A stretch of 53,451 bases of DNA, from positions 1 to 53,451 of the IMG/VR virus record IMGVR_UViG_3300025530_000016; one strand, given 5' to 3'. Numbering within the stretch: the stretch's first letter is position 1; the number at the start of each line of letters is the position of its first letter. Below, in pieces: positions 16,898 to 27,170 of the stretch. The notes beneath the pieces are model-generated. The model was not told where the DNA came from and ran no database searches. It saw only the letters and a program-made list of their open reading frames with translations. The DNA is from a virus (Duplodnaviria; Caudoviricetes). The position numbers and the translations under genes are program-made.

Positions 16898-19800
16898 ATG
16901 GCTGGGGATATGAGCAAAGATGTTGTTGGCGCGAGGATTAACATAGACACGTCCAAAGTGGCAAGTGCTTTTAAGATCATCAACGAAGGCATTCAGTCTA
17001 ACATTGACTTCTTTAAAAGATTGAATACTGAAATTGCCGCTGTTGAAAAATCCTATGTGTCGCTTGCAAAAGCGATGGAAACGGGTATATTGGCGTCGAA
17101 TCGCAGATTGCAGACCTCTCCAGCAGCTATGCAAGAAAGCCTGATGACTTCCAAACTCGAAAAAGAGTTAATCGCGCAAAAGCGATTGAATAGACTGATC
17201 GAGCAAGAGGCTGAACGTCACGCCAACCAAATGGTATCAATCAGCAGAGAAAACAACTATAGTATTGCAAGTAGATCGGCACAGTATTTCTTGGCGGGAA
17301 GTTTGTACTTCAATGCCGTTCAAGGCGCCAGAGAAGCAATTCAAGTCCTGAAAGACTTTGAATACAACCTTGTCAATATTCGTCGTGTAATGGGTGATAC
17401 GGCAGACATTGAACTTGTGAAAAAGTCAATGATTGCTGATGCCAAAGAGTACGGATACGCATTAAGAGAAGTCGGAGAGGTTTATACGCTCATTGGACAA
17501 CAAGGATTCAGCGAACGCGAAACGGCGGCATTGGCCAGAACCGCATTTATGGCGGCAAATGTAGAGCAATCCTTCCGAGATGCCGCACAAGCACAAGAAT
17601 TGATGACGGGTGCAATTCTGAACTATGGTATGGCGGCAGAGGATTCGATGCGCTTATTGGATATGCTGAACGAAGTGTCCAACAACTTCGCGACGGACTC
17701 CAAAAAATTGCTTGAAGGTATTAATCGGACGGGCGCAGCCGCCAAAAACGCTGGCGTACCGATTGAAAAATTGATCGGTTATCTGACCGTATTGAATCAG
17801 GCGGGATTTACGGGTTCTGTAGCGGGGAACGCGATCAAATCGTTTATTTCGTTTTCTTCCCGCGATATTGCCATCGACAAACTTGAAAAGTATGTTGGCA
17901 CGATCAAACAGGCAACAGGCGAAATGATGCCGTTTGAGGAACTATTAGACCGGATTGCGGAGAAATGGTATCAACTTTCGGATGCGGAACGTCATGAAAT
18001 CACGCAAGCGGTTGCCCGTGGCGATCAAGCCTCCCGTTTTATTGCCTTGATGGACAATTACTCTAAGGTTCTTGAAGTTGCCACGACGGCAGAAAAATCT
18101 TTCGGTTCGGCACAACGAGAAAATGAACTTGCTATGTCCACACTGGCGAAGCAGTCACAACAACTGAAGGCGGAGTGGGATACTCTTATCATTTCGATGG
18201 GTGATTCTGGATTATTGGGCGTTCTCAAGGCGATTGTAGGAGAAATGAGGTTGCTTGTAGATGGGTTTAACACTCTCCCGGAACCGGTACGCAATACACT
18301 CATGGTAATTCTCGCTCTAGGAACGGCAATTACAGTTTTGAATACCGGCATGAGGCTTCTCACTGGCACCTCATTGATTGCTATGGTTACACAACTTGCA
18401 AATGTTACAAAGTCGATCTACGCAACATCCGGGGCAGTAGGAGTTTTGAATGCAGGACTGACGATATTACAAAGGCATCCGATCATCGCGACTTTGAGCA
18501 TCTTGGGAACGGTTCTCGGGACTGTCACTTTGGCGTGGTCCCATTTCAACGGTAAAGCCAATGAAGCTAGAGAAACAATGAATCAAACAGAGCGAGACGC
18601 TTACGAATTGGCGCAACGATATAAAGAACTCAAAGAAATTGTGGACGACAATACTCGTTCTGAAAGAGAAATTACGCAAGCAAAAGCAGAATTGAGTTCT
18701 GTTATCGAAAAGATCAGCAATCTAATGCCGAACCTTGTTTCTCAATGGGATGCTCACGGAAACGCTATTGACGTGAACATCGAGAAATTGGAAAAGTTCA
18801 GAGAAGAATATGCTTCTAGTATGCGAATTGTTGAGCAAAACAATCTTAGAGAAGCACAAGAAAGGCTAAAAGAACTTGAACGGAAGCAAAGTACACTTCA
18901 GTTCAAACAGGACAACATTAGTAAGAGCGACCTAAGTTTGGTTGACCAGTTGTTGGGGAGAGATGTTGAATACTATCGGCAAAAATATGCGGAAGAAAGG
19001 CTGAAGATACGAGACCAAATTGCTATTGAAGAACAAAGGATAGCGAATAGTCAGGCAATCCTCGATATGCTGGACGGGAAAACAACCTCTTCAACAGAAA
19101 AAGAAAAACAACACGGAGGTCGCCAACCCACAGAGGAGGAACTGGAAGAAGAATACAGACAGCGCAGGGAAGACTTTCAGGCGAGAATGGCCGAGTTCAG
19201 GCATCTTGTTAATGTTGAGGCCGAGGGTTACAGGACGGCATCCGAGCAATTAAAGAAATTGCAGGCCATTCGGAAAGAGTTCTCCGACTTGAAGGCTCCC
19301 GATCTTTACGGAATCGACGAAGACATCTACAGGCTGTCAAAGGGTATTAAGGTTGAGCCTAAAGGAATCAAAGAAGAAAAACCGAGGGAATTCAATTTTC
19401 CGCTTGACGCCATCGACAGACAAAAGTTAATGGCGGAACAACTAGTAAGCGACGTTCAATCCATGATCGACCTTTTCTCGGCAAAAGAATTCTCGCTTGC
19501 TGACAGTGTGGATACGGTGAATGAAAAAGTCGGTCTTTACACGCAACACCAGAAAGCACTTCACGAAGCGAACAACATTCTGAGGGCGTCGTTGGAATCG
19601 CTGGCCGCCAAACAAGAACAGTTGAACCGGATGTTTGAAACAGGAAAGATTACGGCAGACGAATACAACAAAGCGTCTGAGGATGTTGAGAGCCGGATTA
19701 AGAGCATTACCAATGCGGTCAACCGGAATTCTATCGCATGGTGGAATGACGCCAGAGCCATCAAGGAAGCGAAAGAACAACAGCTTAGAGACTCCTTTGA

Positions 19801-21043
19801 AGCTTCTGAACAGTGGATTGCTCATCAGAAGGCCATTGGTCAACTGTCGGCGCGAGAAGAATATGAAGCATGGGTACGTGTTCAAAATCGCTATCTGAAA
19901 GGAACTGAACTTCGCAAGAAGGCAGATGAACAAGTCTATGCCGCCAAACAACGATTACTCCAGGAAGAAGAACGCGCCATTGACGAACTGCTCAAGAAGC
20001 AGAAAAAGGTCATTCAGGAAGCAAGAGAAGCAGAATTAGACCGTATCAAAGCGGAAAGAGATGCATTTGTCAAAGCCCAAGATGAAAAGATTAGGGCAAT
20101 AGACAAACTCCTTGCGGCACAGCAACAAGCCAACGAAGATGCGGACTATGAAGCAGAACTTGCCGAAAAAATGGCGCGGAGAAAACTTCTTGAATCTGCT
20201 GTCGGGCCGGAGGGCATTCGGGAACGGCGTGAACTTGATAAAGAGATCGCCCGGATGCAAGAGGAACGACAACGGGGACTGCAACGGCGCAGCCTAGAAT
20301 CGCAAAAAGAAGCGCTTGAAGAAGAAAAGCGTCAGCGGTTGGAGGACTTCGACAGACAGATTAAAGATATGGAAACGCACTATAACAATCTGCTGTCGGC
20401 GTTCGATAATTTCACGAATGACGTGGAAGGCCGCGCCGAAACCCTGAAGCAGATTCAAATTGCCAAAGAATCGGAGAAGAACGCCGAGATTTTGCGGCAA
20501 CTTGACGAATTTATTGCACAGTATCAAGCCAAAATGGCGACCATCACGCATTTAAGCCGCACGCAGGCAGAAATCGACTTGGAAGAATATAACCAGAATA
20601 AAGACTTGTGGGAAGCGGCGAAAAAGCGTGGAGATACGGAAGAAATGGCTAGACTGCACAAAAGGAATGAAGAACTTCGCAGGAAATACGGTATCACTCA
20701 AGATACTGGTAAACTACAAAAGTTTAAATATGGCGGAATTGTTAAGGGCAGGATGGGCGAAGAAGTTCCGGTCATTGCACACGCCGGAGAAATGTTCCTG
20801 AACCAGTCACAACAAAGCAATCTCTTCAAGCTTCTGGATTACGTCATTCCAAAACTGAATTTCTCTATGCCGTCATTTGCAATGGCTTCAGGTATGTCGC
20901 CCAATGTCACAAACAACTACTACTACACCATATCGACGGGAGACGTAAACATTGAGGACCCAGAGACGGCACAAACGTTCTGGAATGAACGCGATTCGCT
21001 TGTCAGAAGATTTCAAACGAGGACGGGGGCGAAACAAAGATGA
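16898..21043 (+). CDS. Tail tape measure protein (TP901-type core)
   Basis: About 1380 aa, helical, GFTGSVAGNAIKS core, hydrophobic middle, FKYGG...AHAGEMFLN C-terminal motif. Confidence 0.93.
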   Translation: MAGDMSKDVVGARINIDTSKVASAFKIINEGIQSNIDFFKRLNTEIAAVEKSYVSLAKAMETGILASNRRLQTSPAAMQESLMTSKLEKELIAQKRLNRLIEQEAERHANQMVSISRENNYSIASRSAQYFLAGSLYFNAVQGAREAIQVLKDFEYNLVNIRRVMGDTADIELVKKSMIADAKEYGYALREVGEVYTLIGQQGFSERETAALARTAFMAANVEQSFRDAAQAQELMTGAILNYGMAAEDSMRLLDMLNEVSNNFATDSKKLLEGINRTGAAAKNAGVPIEKLIGYLTVLNQAGFTGSVAGNAIKSFISFSSRDIAIDKLEKYVGTIKQATGEMMPFEELLDRIAEKWYQLSDAERHEITQAVARGDQASRFIALMDNYSKVLEVATTAEKSFGSAQRENELAMSTLAKQSQQLKAEWDTLIISMGDSGLLGVLKAIVGEMRLLVDGFNTLPEPVRNTLMVILALGTAITVLNTGMRLLTGTSLIAMVTQLANVTKSIYATSGAVGVLNAGLTILQRHPIIATLSILGTVLGTVTLAWSHFNGKANEARETMNQTERDAYELAQRYKELKEIVDDNTRSEREITQAKAELSSVIEKISNLMPNLVSQWDAHGNAIDVNIEKLEKFREEYASSMRIVEQNNLREAQERLKELERKQSTLQFKQDNISKSDLSLVDQLLGRDVEYYRQKYAEERLKIRDQIAIEEQRIANSQAILDMLDGKTTSSTEKEKQHGGRQPTEEELEEEYRQRREDFQARMAEFRHLVNVEAEGYRTASEQLKKLQAIRKEFSDLKAPDLYGIDEDIYRLSKGIKVEPKGIKEEKPREFNFPLDAIDRQKLMAEQLVSDVQSMIDLFSAKEFSLADSVDTVNEKVGLYTQHQKALHEANNILRASLESLAAKQEQLNRMFETGKITADEYNKASEDVESRIKSITNAVNRNSIAWWNDARAIKEAKEQQLRDSFEASEQWIAHQKAIGQLSAREEYEAWVRVQNRYLKGTELRKKADEQVYAAKQRLLQEEERAIDELLKKQKKVIQEAREAELDRIKAERDAFVKAQDEKIRAIDKLLAAQQQANEDADYEAELAEKMARRKLLESAVGPEGIRERRELDKEIARMQEERQRGLQRRSLESQKEALEEEKRQRLEDFDRQIKDMETHYNNLLSAFDNFTNDVEGRAETLKQIQIAKESEKNAEILRQLDEFIAQYQAKMATITHLSRTQAEIDLEEYNQNKDLWEAAKKRGDTEEMARLHKRNEELRRKYGITQDTGKLQKFKYGGIVKGRMGEEVPVIAHAGEMFLNQSQQSNLFKLLDYVIPKLNFSMPSFAMASGMSPNVTNNYYYTISTGDVNIEDPETAQTFWNERDSLVRRFQTRTGAKQR

Positions 21044-21594
21044 TTGAAGTGACGGTCAATGGCGTTTCGTTCTCTTCTCTCGGGTTGGGGGTCAAGCGGG
21101 CGGACATTCCCGTTTTACCTCCAACAAGAGATCATACGGTCGAGATCGCGGAACGAGACGGTGAACTGGATTTCGGTTCAGATTACGGCCCGCGAATCGT
21201 CAACATCGAATGCATTCTGATGGCCGATGATCCGGTTATTGATTATCATCGAAAAGTAGCCAAACTGGCGACTATTTTTAATGCCAAAAAAGGCGATATG
21301 GTATTCACATTCAATTTCCGTCCTGGACTTCGTTATGTCGGTCGATACGCCGGAACGATGCCCATTGAAAAGATCATCTTCGACGGAAATGTGACTATTC
21401 CCATTCGGATGAACGATCCGTTTCCAGAAGGTGAGGAGAAGGTATTTGAGACGACCATAACATCTTCTCCTCATTCTATTTTGATTGAATCAGAAGGGGA
21501 TGAGCCGGCAAGTCCGGTTATTACCTTGACAAACACAGGTTCAAACACAATCAAGGGATTCATTATCGAAAATGAATATTTGTTAGAAGGGTGA
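21040..21594 (+). CDS. Distal tail protein (Dit), N-terminal part
   Basis: VNGVSFSSLGL...LPPTRDHTVEIAERDG...YGPRI...MNDPF...GDEPASPVITLTN. Confidence 0.8.
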   Translation: MIEVTVNGVSFSSLGLGVKRADIPVLPPTRDHTVEIAERDGELDFGSDYGPRIVNIECILMADDPVIDYHRKVAKLATIFNAKKGDMVFTFNFRPGLRYVGRYAGTMPIEKIIFDGNVTIPIRMNDPFPEGEEKVFETTITSSPHSILIESEGDEPASPVITLTNTGSNTIKGFIIENEYLLEG

Positions 21595-21601
21595 TGCTCA
21601 A

Positions 21602-21997
21602 ATGAACATGTCCAATTATTTAGCAACTGCACTGTTAAATCAGGTGTTCAGAAATCAAAATTTTACCAGACCATCAACCGTTTATGTTGCGCTCTACACG
21701 TCTAACCCGACAGCCGCAGATACAGGAACGGAAGTATCCGGCGGTTCATACGCAAGACAAGCCGTAACGTTCTCGGCTCCATCTATCGAAGGCGGGAAAC
21801 AAACGATCAAGAACACGGCAGAGATTGTGTTCCCGATTGCAACAGCAGACTGGGGAACCGTAACACATGTTGGTATCCGGGATGCAGCTACAGGAGGGAA
21901 TCTTCTGTATTACGGGCCTTGGGAAAACGCTAGAACCATTCTTGCTGGAGATCGTCCGCGTATTTTGCAAGATTCACTTGTTCTGACGTTGAGTTAA
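21602..21997 (+). CDS. Conserved small tail/baseplate accessory protein
   Basis: MSNYLATALLN...VYVALYT...EVSGGSYARQAVTF...WGTVTHVGIRDAATGGNLL. Confidence 0.75.
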   Translation: MNMSNYLATALLNQVFRNQNFTRPSTVYVALYTSNPTAADTGTEVSGGSYARQAVTFSAPSIEGGKQTIKNTAEIVFPIATADWGTVTHVGIRDAATGGNLLYYGPWENARTILAGDRPRILQDSLVLTLS

Positions 21998-22063
21998 TGG
22001 GAGGTGAATAGAAGTTGGCACAACAACCTATGTACCCGGCCATTATATTGTGGGGGTGGTGAT

Positions 22064-22585
22064 GTGTTTAACAGAAGCCCATTTAACCGCATGTCATATA
22101 ACCGACCGTTTTCTATTGAAATCTATCTTCACTCTACATTACATGGAAACGGCGAATTAACAGCATCACTCAATTTGGAACTCGCTCTATCTTCTCAACT
22201 TGACGGTATAGGCGAACTCATAGCATCGTACATCCGAGAGATCGCGTTTGCCGTCCAACTTTCGGGAGAAGGAACGTTGGACGTTGACGTGATTCGTGAA
22301 CGATTGATGTCTGTTCAATTGGACGGAAACGGGGAACTGAGGGGAACGCTTAGTCGGTTCCACGTCACATATTTGGAATATACGGGTGACTTCGATCCCG
22401 GAGACAAAATCGTGATTGACTCCAATCGTATGACAATCAAGAAAAACGGCGTCAATGTCATTCACGAGATGGACGGAGACTTTTTTGATCTCAACTTTGG
22501 AGAGAACGAACTAATTTACAAAGACGAAGAATCAGGAAGATCGATTCTCATTCGTGTTACCCATCGAGACAAATTCCTCTACTGA
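22064..22585 (+). CDS. Dit C-terminal-like protein with N-terminal LxGxGxL repeats
   Basis: GTG 22064 with RBS; four LxGxG(E/T)L repeats; C-terminus PGDKIVIDS...GDFFDLNFGENELIY...HRDKFL. Confidence 0.7.
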   Translation: MFNRSPFNRMSYNRPFSIEIYLHSTLHGNGELTASLNLELALSSQLDGIGELIASYIREIAFAVQLSGEGTLDVDVIRERLMSVQLDGNGELRGTLSRFHVTYLEYTGDFDPGDKIVIDSNRMTIKKNGVNVIHEMDGDFFDLNFGENELIYKDEESGRSILIRVTHRDKFLY

Positions 22586-22599
22586 TCGGGGGTGGGACT

Positions 22600-24660
22600 G
22601 TGGCAAGGTATCTGGAAGTGTTCGACAAGAACATGGTTCGGACAGGCTTTCTTGTGGACGCCGATGAAATCACCAGAAAACGACGAATCAATTCGGACTA
22701 TGAATTATCGTTTATGGTTCCGATGAACAGCGAAGACTACACGGACAAGATACGCATGAAGGGTCACGTTAGGGATGAGCGCGGTCAATTTTATGTAATT
22801 AACTCACGTTCTCGGGATCGAAGCGGTAAGAAACGAATGGCCAAAATCGAGTGCATGCATGTCATGTTCAAACTGGCCGACTTCAAAATGCCGTATGATC
22901 TCTATGTCGAAGAAGCATATGGCATCAATATTAACTATCTCACAGACCGTATCGTAACAGCCACAAACGGAAAATTCACCTTTTCCATCGAAGATACGTT
23001 TGAACTGAAAGACGTGAAGGATTGGGGTCGGGGAAACTGTCTGGAAGCGCTCAATGAAATCATTAAACTGTTTGAGTGCGAAATAGAGCCAGATAACTTC
23101 ACGATTCGCATCAAGAAAAAGATCGGAAGCAACAAAGGACTTCAATATCGGATCAAGAAGAACATCATCAGCGCGTCGTTTCAGGACGATGTTCGGGCAC
23201 TTGTTACCCGGATGTTCTCGCAAATGAAGGATGGTCTGACATTCATTGGGCTGGATGCTTCCCATTTGACACAAGAAGAACGCGACTTGTTATCCGCCAT
23301 TCCCGGCGCTATTGTGAATGGCAAGTTGGCGGTCAACTATCTCATCTCGCCATACGCCGCAAGCTGGGCTAACAACACGAACACATTCTATGATGGCGAA
23401 GTCATTTTTCAGGACATCGAAGACCAATTGGAACTGCTGGAAGCAACCAGAAAAGCCTTGCGTGAACATGAAGTTCCGGCAATCGAAATCCGTGTTACTG
23501 CTGCGGACTTGTTCAAAATCGATCAAGCAGAACCTAAACCATTTCTGGGCGATGAAGTGATCTGTATTGACCCGGATATGGAAATGAATCATATCCCGGC
23601 CAGAATCGTCGAATTGACCGAATACCCCTACACAAAAGAAAAACATGCTTCGGTTACACTCGCCAACTTCATGAAACGGGATTTTGAGGACATCATAGCC
23701 GATCTGGACCGCTCGAAACGGATTGTTGATGATTTGCTTAGCGGTGGAAGGATAAGGGCCAGTGCGTTTGAAGAATTTGCAAAACAAGCCGTGATTGACA
23801 TCAACAATTCCAAAACAGAAGTGAAGTATGACCAACGGGGAATTGTGCTTGAAAGCAAACTGAATCCAGCACATCAAGTTATCCATTCTTCGGTTGGCAC
23901 GATCTTGACCACTGATGGAGGACAGACAGCTAGAGTCGCCATTACAGCAGAAGGGATTGCAGCTCCCTATATCGTTGGTGTATTGGGCGAATTCGCACAG
24001 GTCAAAACAGATAACCTGATTGCCGGAAATGCCAAGATTAGTCATGCGTTGATTGAAAGCATAAGGGCCAATCAAATTGATGTGTCTGGTGGGAAAATCA
24101 TTGCGGATCAAATTGACATCAGAGGCATCACAGTTTCTAATGGATCGCAAACAACTTTTGCTGTTAGTTCAAGCGGCGCAGTCACAATAGCTGGGAATAT
24201 AACCATGTTAGGCGGAAGCATAAATTGGACAAATGTAAACACGGACCCTGCAACTATCAACGCACAGAATACAGCCAATTCAGCTATTGCAATTTCTAAC
24301 GCAATCGCCAACGGCACTTATTCAGGAGGAACATTTATTGACGGGAAACTGATTTATGCACCAAGTATTTACGGCGGGACTATTGTCGGTGGACAGATTA
24401 TTTCGAATAGTACGATTGATGTGACGACGGATATCAGGTTGGGAAACAACATATATTTAACGGGGTCTTATGGAAGTTCACAGTCCATCACGTTTCCCGG
24501 TTCTGGTAATATTACATTCAATAATGACTGGATAACAATTGCATCGTTTGATGGGATAGGACTTAGTTCGTACTATATCGAACTATATGGGGCAGTTGTA
24601 ACAATTAACAACAGAAATATTTTAGCCGAATTGGATGAGATATGGAATATAATTTCGTAA
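22600..24660 (+). CDS. Tail-associated hub/spike protein (Tal-like)
   Basis: Follows Dit; ARIVELTEYP...VTLANF hub end, then beta-helix-like repeats. Confidence 0.8.
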   Translation: MARYLEVFDKNMVRTGFLVDADEITRKRRINSDYELSFMVPMNSEDYTDKIRMKGHVRDERGQFYVINSRSRDRSGKKRMAKIECMHVMFKLADFKMPYDLYVEEAYGININYLTDRIVTATNGKFTFSIEDTFELKDVKDWGRGNCLEALNEIIKLFECEIEPDNFTIRIKKKIGSNKGLQYRIKKNIISASFQDDVRALVTRMFSQMKDGLTFIGLDASHLTQEERDLLSAIPGAIVNGKLAVNYLISPYAASWANNTNTFYDGEVIFQDIEDQLELLEATRKALREHEVPAIEIRVTAADLFKIDQAEPKPFLGDEVICIDPDMEMNHIPARIVELTEYPYTKEKHASVTLANFMKRDFEDIIADLDRSKRIVDDLLSGGRIRASAFEEFAKQAVIDINNSKTEVKYDQRGIVLESKLNPAHQVIHSSVGTILTTDGGQTARVAITAEGIAAPYIVGVLGEFAQVKTDNLIAGNAKISHALIESIRANQIDVSGGKIIADQIDIRGITVSNGSQTTFAVSSSGAVTIAGNITMLGGSINWTNVNTDPATINAQNTANSAIAISNAIANGTYSGGTFIDGKLIYAPSIYGGTIVGGQIISNSTIDVTTDIRLGNNIYLTGSYGSSQSITFPGSGNITFNNDWITIASFDGIGLSSYYIELYGAVVTINNRNILAELDEIWNIIS

Positions 24661-24667
24661 TTATAAA

Positions 24668-24693
24668 GAGCCTGCCGTTTAATTGGCAGGCTC
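24668..24693. terminator. Hairpin between convergent genes
   Basis: GAGCCTGCC-N8-GGCAGGCTC. Confidence 0.6.
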
Positions 24694-25278
24694 CAAAACT
24701 TGAGGAAAATATTTGATATTCAAGAACGCTTCATCTTTTACCCTTATAGTATCATTAGGATCGGATAAAGAAATGCTGGTTTTTGTTTCTTTGTACACAA
24801 AGTAAGTACCGGACCTGTCAGAGAATAATTTCATGTCTTTGTATATTTCGTAGTATTTTTTCTTAAAGTCATCGTATGAAAAATATATCTGACCATTGTA
24901 TATAGCCGCAGTCATTTCATTCCAAACCGTGAACTCAACTTGATCTTCGCTGATTTGATTGCTCATAGTTTCTGTACCTCCCTGTATGGGGATTTGTTCT
25001 TTTGTTTGTGAAGAAGATTGGTTAGTCAACATAATTGTTCGTGAATCCGCTTTGTATGTCACATCGTATCCCAATAAATTGGATATGACACGTACAGGAA
25101 GGTAAGTTGCGCCTTTATAAACAAGCGGGTCACTTTCAAGCTCGATGGCTTTCCCATTCACGATGAAGTTAAATTTAGAAAAGACTACTTCAATCTTTTC
25201 AGATGCAGAAACCGCCACGGATCCGGATGCAAGGATTATTCCGACAATCAGTCCAGCGAAAAAACTCATTTTTCTCAA
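24679..25278 (-). CDS. Secreted protein with copper amine oxidase N-terminal (stalk) domain (moron)
   Basis: Signal peptide then IVNGK...PLVYKGATYLPVRVISNLLGYDVTY; own extended -10 at 25307-25315. Confidence 0.8.
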   Translation of the reverse strand: MRKMSFFAGLIVGIILASGSVAVSASEKIEVVFSKFNFIVNGKAIELESDPLVYKGATYLPVRVISNLLGYDVTYKADSRTIMLTNQSSSQTKEQIPIQGGTETMSNQISEDQVEFTVWNEMTAAIYNGQIYFSYDDFKKKYYEIYKDMKLFSDRSGTYFVYKETKTSISLSDPNDTIRVKDEAFLNIKYFPQVLEPAN

Positions 25279-25324
25279 TTTTCGTCACCTCCAAACTTTT
25301 GAAGTCATTATATCATATTTGGTA

Positions 25325-25363
25325 AAAGTACGCAGTAAAACTGAATCAATAATCAAATACAAT
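25325..25363 (+). promoter_or_regulatory. Putative late promoter P5
   Basis: AAAGTACGCAGTAAA (25325-25339), 18 nt, TACAAT (25358-25363). Confidence 0.65.
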
Positions 25364-25426
25364 AAATTTTGAAAAGACATCTTCATCAGGAGGGTGTCTA
25401 TTTTGTTTTTTGAGGAGTGAATAACC

Positions 25427-25615
25427 GTGGCTAAAGTGTCGCCTAAATTGGAAATTCTCGTCGATCTTGAACGTCCAGTTGAAGAAATCAAAAGTTGTAT
25501 TGCTGCCATTGTAAATTGTCATCCAGATAAACAACTTGAAATATTGCGAGAAGTAGAACTTTGGATGGGTGAAACGATAGAGAAATTGGAAAAATACTCC
25601 GAAAATAAAGCTTGA
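25427..25615 (+). CDS. Hypothetical protein
   Basis: RBS GAGGAGTG, GTG start. Confidence 0.7.
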   Translation: MAKVSPKLEILVDLERPVEEIKSCIAAIVNCHPDKQLEILREVELWMGETIEKLEKYSENKA

Positions 25616-25632
25616 AATGGTGGTGAGTCCGA

Positions 25633-26754
25633 ATGCAAACCATGTATCCAGCGGTTGTTAATAGTCCGACAACAGAATTGGCCAGCGCTATTAACGCTTC
25701 ACAAACAACGATCCCAGTCTTAAATGCTTCTGTTTTACCCGCTCCGCCCAATCTTGCCACGATCGGCACAGGTGAGGATGCAGAGACTATCCTTTACACC
25801 GGAGTGAGCGGCAACGACCTAACCGGAGTCACAAGAGGATTCCAAGGCGCGGCAAAGTCATGGAGCGCCGGGGTAAAAGTGGCGCGGTATTTCACCGCGT
25901 ATGATCACGAGGCGTTTCGGCAGAATATTGAAGAAGCCCAAACCATCGCCGACAACGCCGCGGCTGCTGCTGCTGCTGCGCAGGCGACGGCGGATGAGGC
26001 CAAGGTGGAGCTTGTCGATATCCGCACACCAGCGTCAGGATATACGCCGCTCAACCCCATTACCACAGCAGGCGGAATGGTGCGTGATATGCAGACACAG
26101 TTTATGGGTGCGCAGGTATACAAGCTGACCGCTAATAACGGTTTGCCAAAGGCGTCATACTCTGGCGACATGAATGATCTGGTTGATCCGGGTATCTATG
26201 CTATAGGTACTGCGACTAATCGACCGATAGAAATTTTTGGCTATTGCTTAGTTTTGAAACGACTTGCTGCACATGTGCAGCAGTTTTACTACGTGATTTC
26301 GTCTAGTAGGACTAGTCAAAATCGTGTATTTTTACGCACATCGATAGATAATGGCGCAACTTGGTCAGTGTGGGACGAAATGATCACGAGTAAAGGCGGT
26401 ACGCTTACAGGCGATTTGTTAAACAGCAGCGAAGGTAACTTTATTTTAGGTAAAACGAATAACACTGGGCGTACTGTTATCCGTGGGGGCCAGTCCACAT
26501 CTATTGCAAATGGCGCGTATATCATCGTCGAGGGTGTTGATGCAGGTGGGTGTATAAGACTTAACGTATCGTCAGTTAACGGTGTATATACAGTGTACAT
26601 CGGCGACTTGCGCGTATCCTTTGGTCTAGGAGCGCCGGAAGGTACCGTATCTGCTCCTGTAGGATCGCTCTATTTACGTACTGACGGCGGCGCATCGACT
26701 ACGCTGTATGTCAAAACGTCCGGCACAGGTAACACCGGATGGACGGCTAAATAA
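25633..26754 (+). CDS. Tail fibre / receptor-binding protein with pyocin-knob-like domain
   Basis: N-terminal anchor (SPTTELAS...VTRGFQG), DMNDLVDPGIY...QQFY...WSVW knob, C-terminal PEGTVSAPVGSLYLRTDGGASTTLYVK. Confidence 0.8.
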   Translation: MQTMYPAVVNSPTTELASAINASQTTIPVLNASVLPAPPNLATIGTGEDAETILYTGVSGNDLTGVTRGFQGAAKSWSAGVKVARYFTAYDHEAFRQNIEEAQTIADNAAAAAAAAQATADEAKVELVDIRTPASGYTPLNPITTAGGMVRDMQTQFMGAQVYKLTANNGLPKASYSGDMNDLVDPGIYAIGTATNRPIEIFGYCLVLKRLAAHVQQFYYVISSSRTSQNRVFLRTSIDNGATWSVWDEMITSKGGTLTGDLLNSSEGNFILGKTNNTGRTVIRGGQSTSIANGAYIIVEGVDAGGCIRLNVSSVNGVYTVYIGDLRVSFGLGAPEGTVSAPVGSLYLRTDGGASTTLYVKTSGTGNTGWTAK

Positions 26755-26765
26755 GGAGGGATATT

Positions 26766-27053
26766 ATGATCAAGACTTGTGTATTTGATGCAGACAGCAA
26801 TCTGATCAATATCGGCGAGTGGGATTATATGATACAACCTGTGCAGGTCGGCGTCGACGAGGAGACGGGTGATCCGATCTATGAGGAGCAGGTAACCAAT
26901 CCGCTGCCGGATGGTGCATATACAGAAGAGCGCGAGGTCGTATATAGCGAGGAGCACGGGTGGCTTCTGGCTGATGCGCCCCTACCTGTGAGCGACAGAG
27001 AACGTCTTGAAGCACTCGAGGCTGCGCTACTGGAGGTGATCCTAGGTGGCTAA
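26766..27053 (+). CDS. Tail fibre assembly-like protein
   Basis: Position; C-terminal SDRERLEALEAALLEVI. Confidence 0.65.
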   Translation: MIKTCVFDADSNLINIGEWDYMIQPVQVGVDEETGDPIYEEQVTNPLPDGAYTEEREVVYSEEHGWLLADAPLPVSDRERLEALEAALLEVILGG

Positions 27054-27150
27054 GTTTTTAGCGGTACAGATCAGGCTCGGTAAGATCACAATCGAGGATG
27101 TGCCGGAGCATCTGAGGGCAGCGGTACAGGCTGAGTTAGATAGGCAATAA
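27046..27150 (+). CDS. Small CD1375/XkdX-like protein (34 aa)
   Basis: MAKFLAVQIRLGKITIEDVPEHLRAAVQAELDRQ with RBS GGAGGTG; below ORF-track size cutoff. Confidence 0.75.
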   Translation: MAKFLAVQIRLGKITIEDVPEHLRAAVQAELDRQ

Positions 27151-27170
27151 GACGATTATACGCAACAGAG

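Noticed and set aside
25633-26754. Diversity-generating retroelement or invertible tail-fibre cassette
   Set aside because: No reverse transcriptase or invertase gene, and no duplicated template repeat seen
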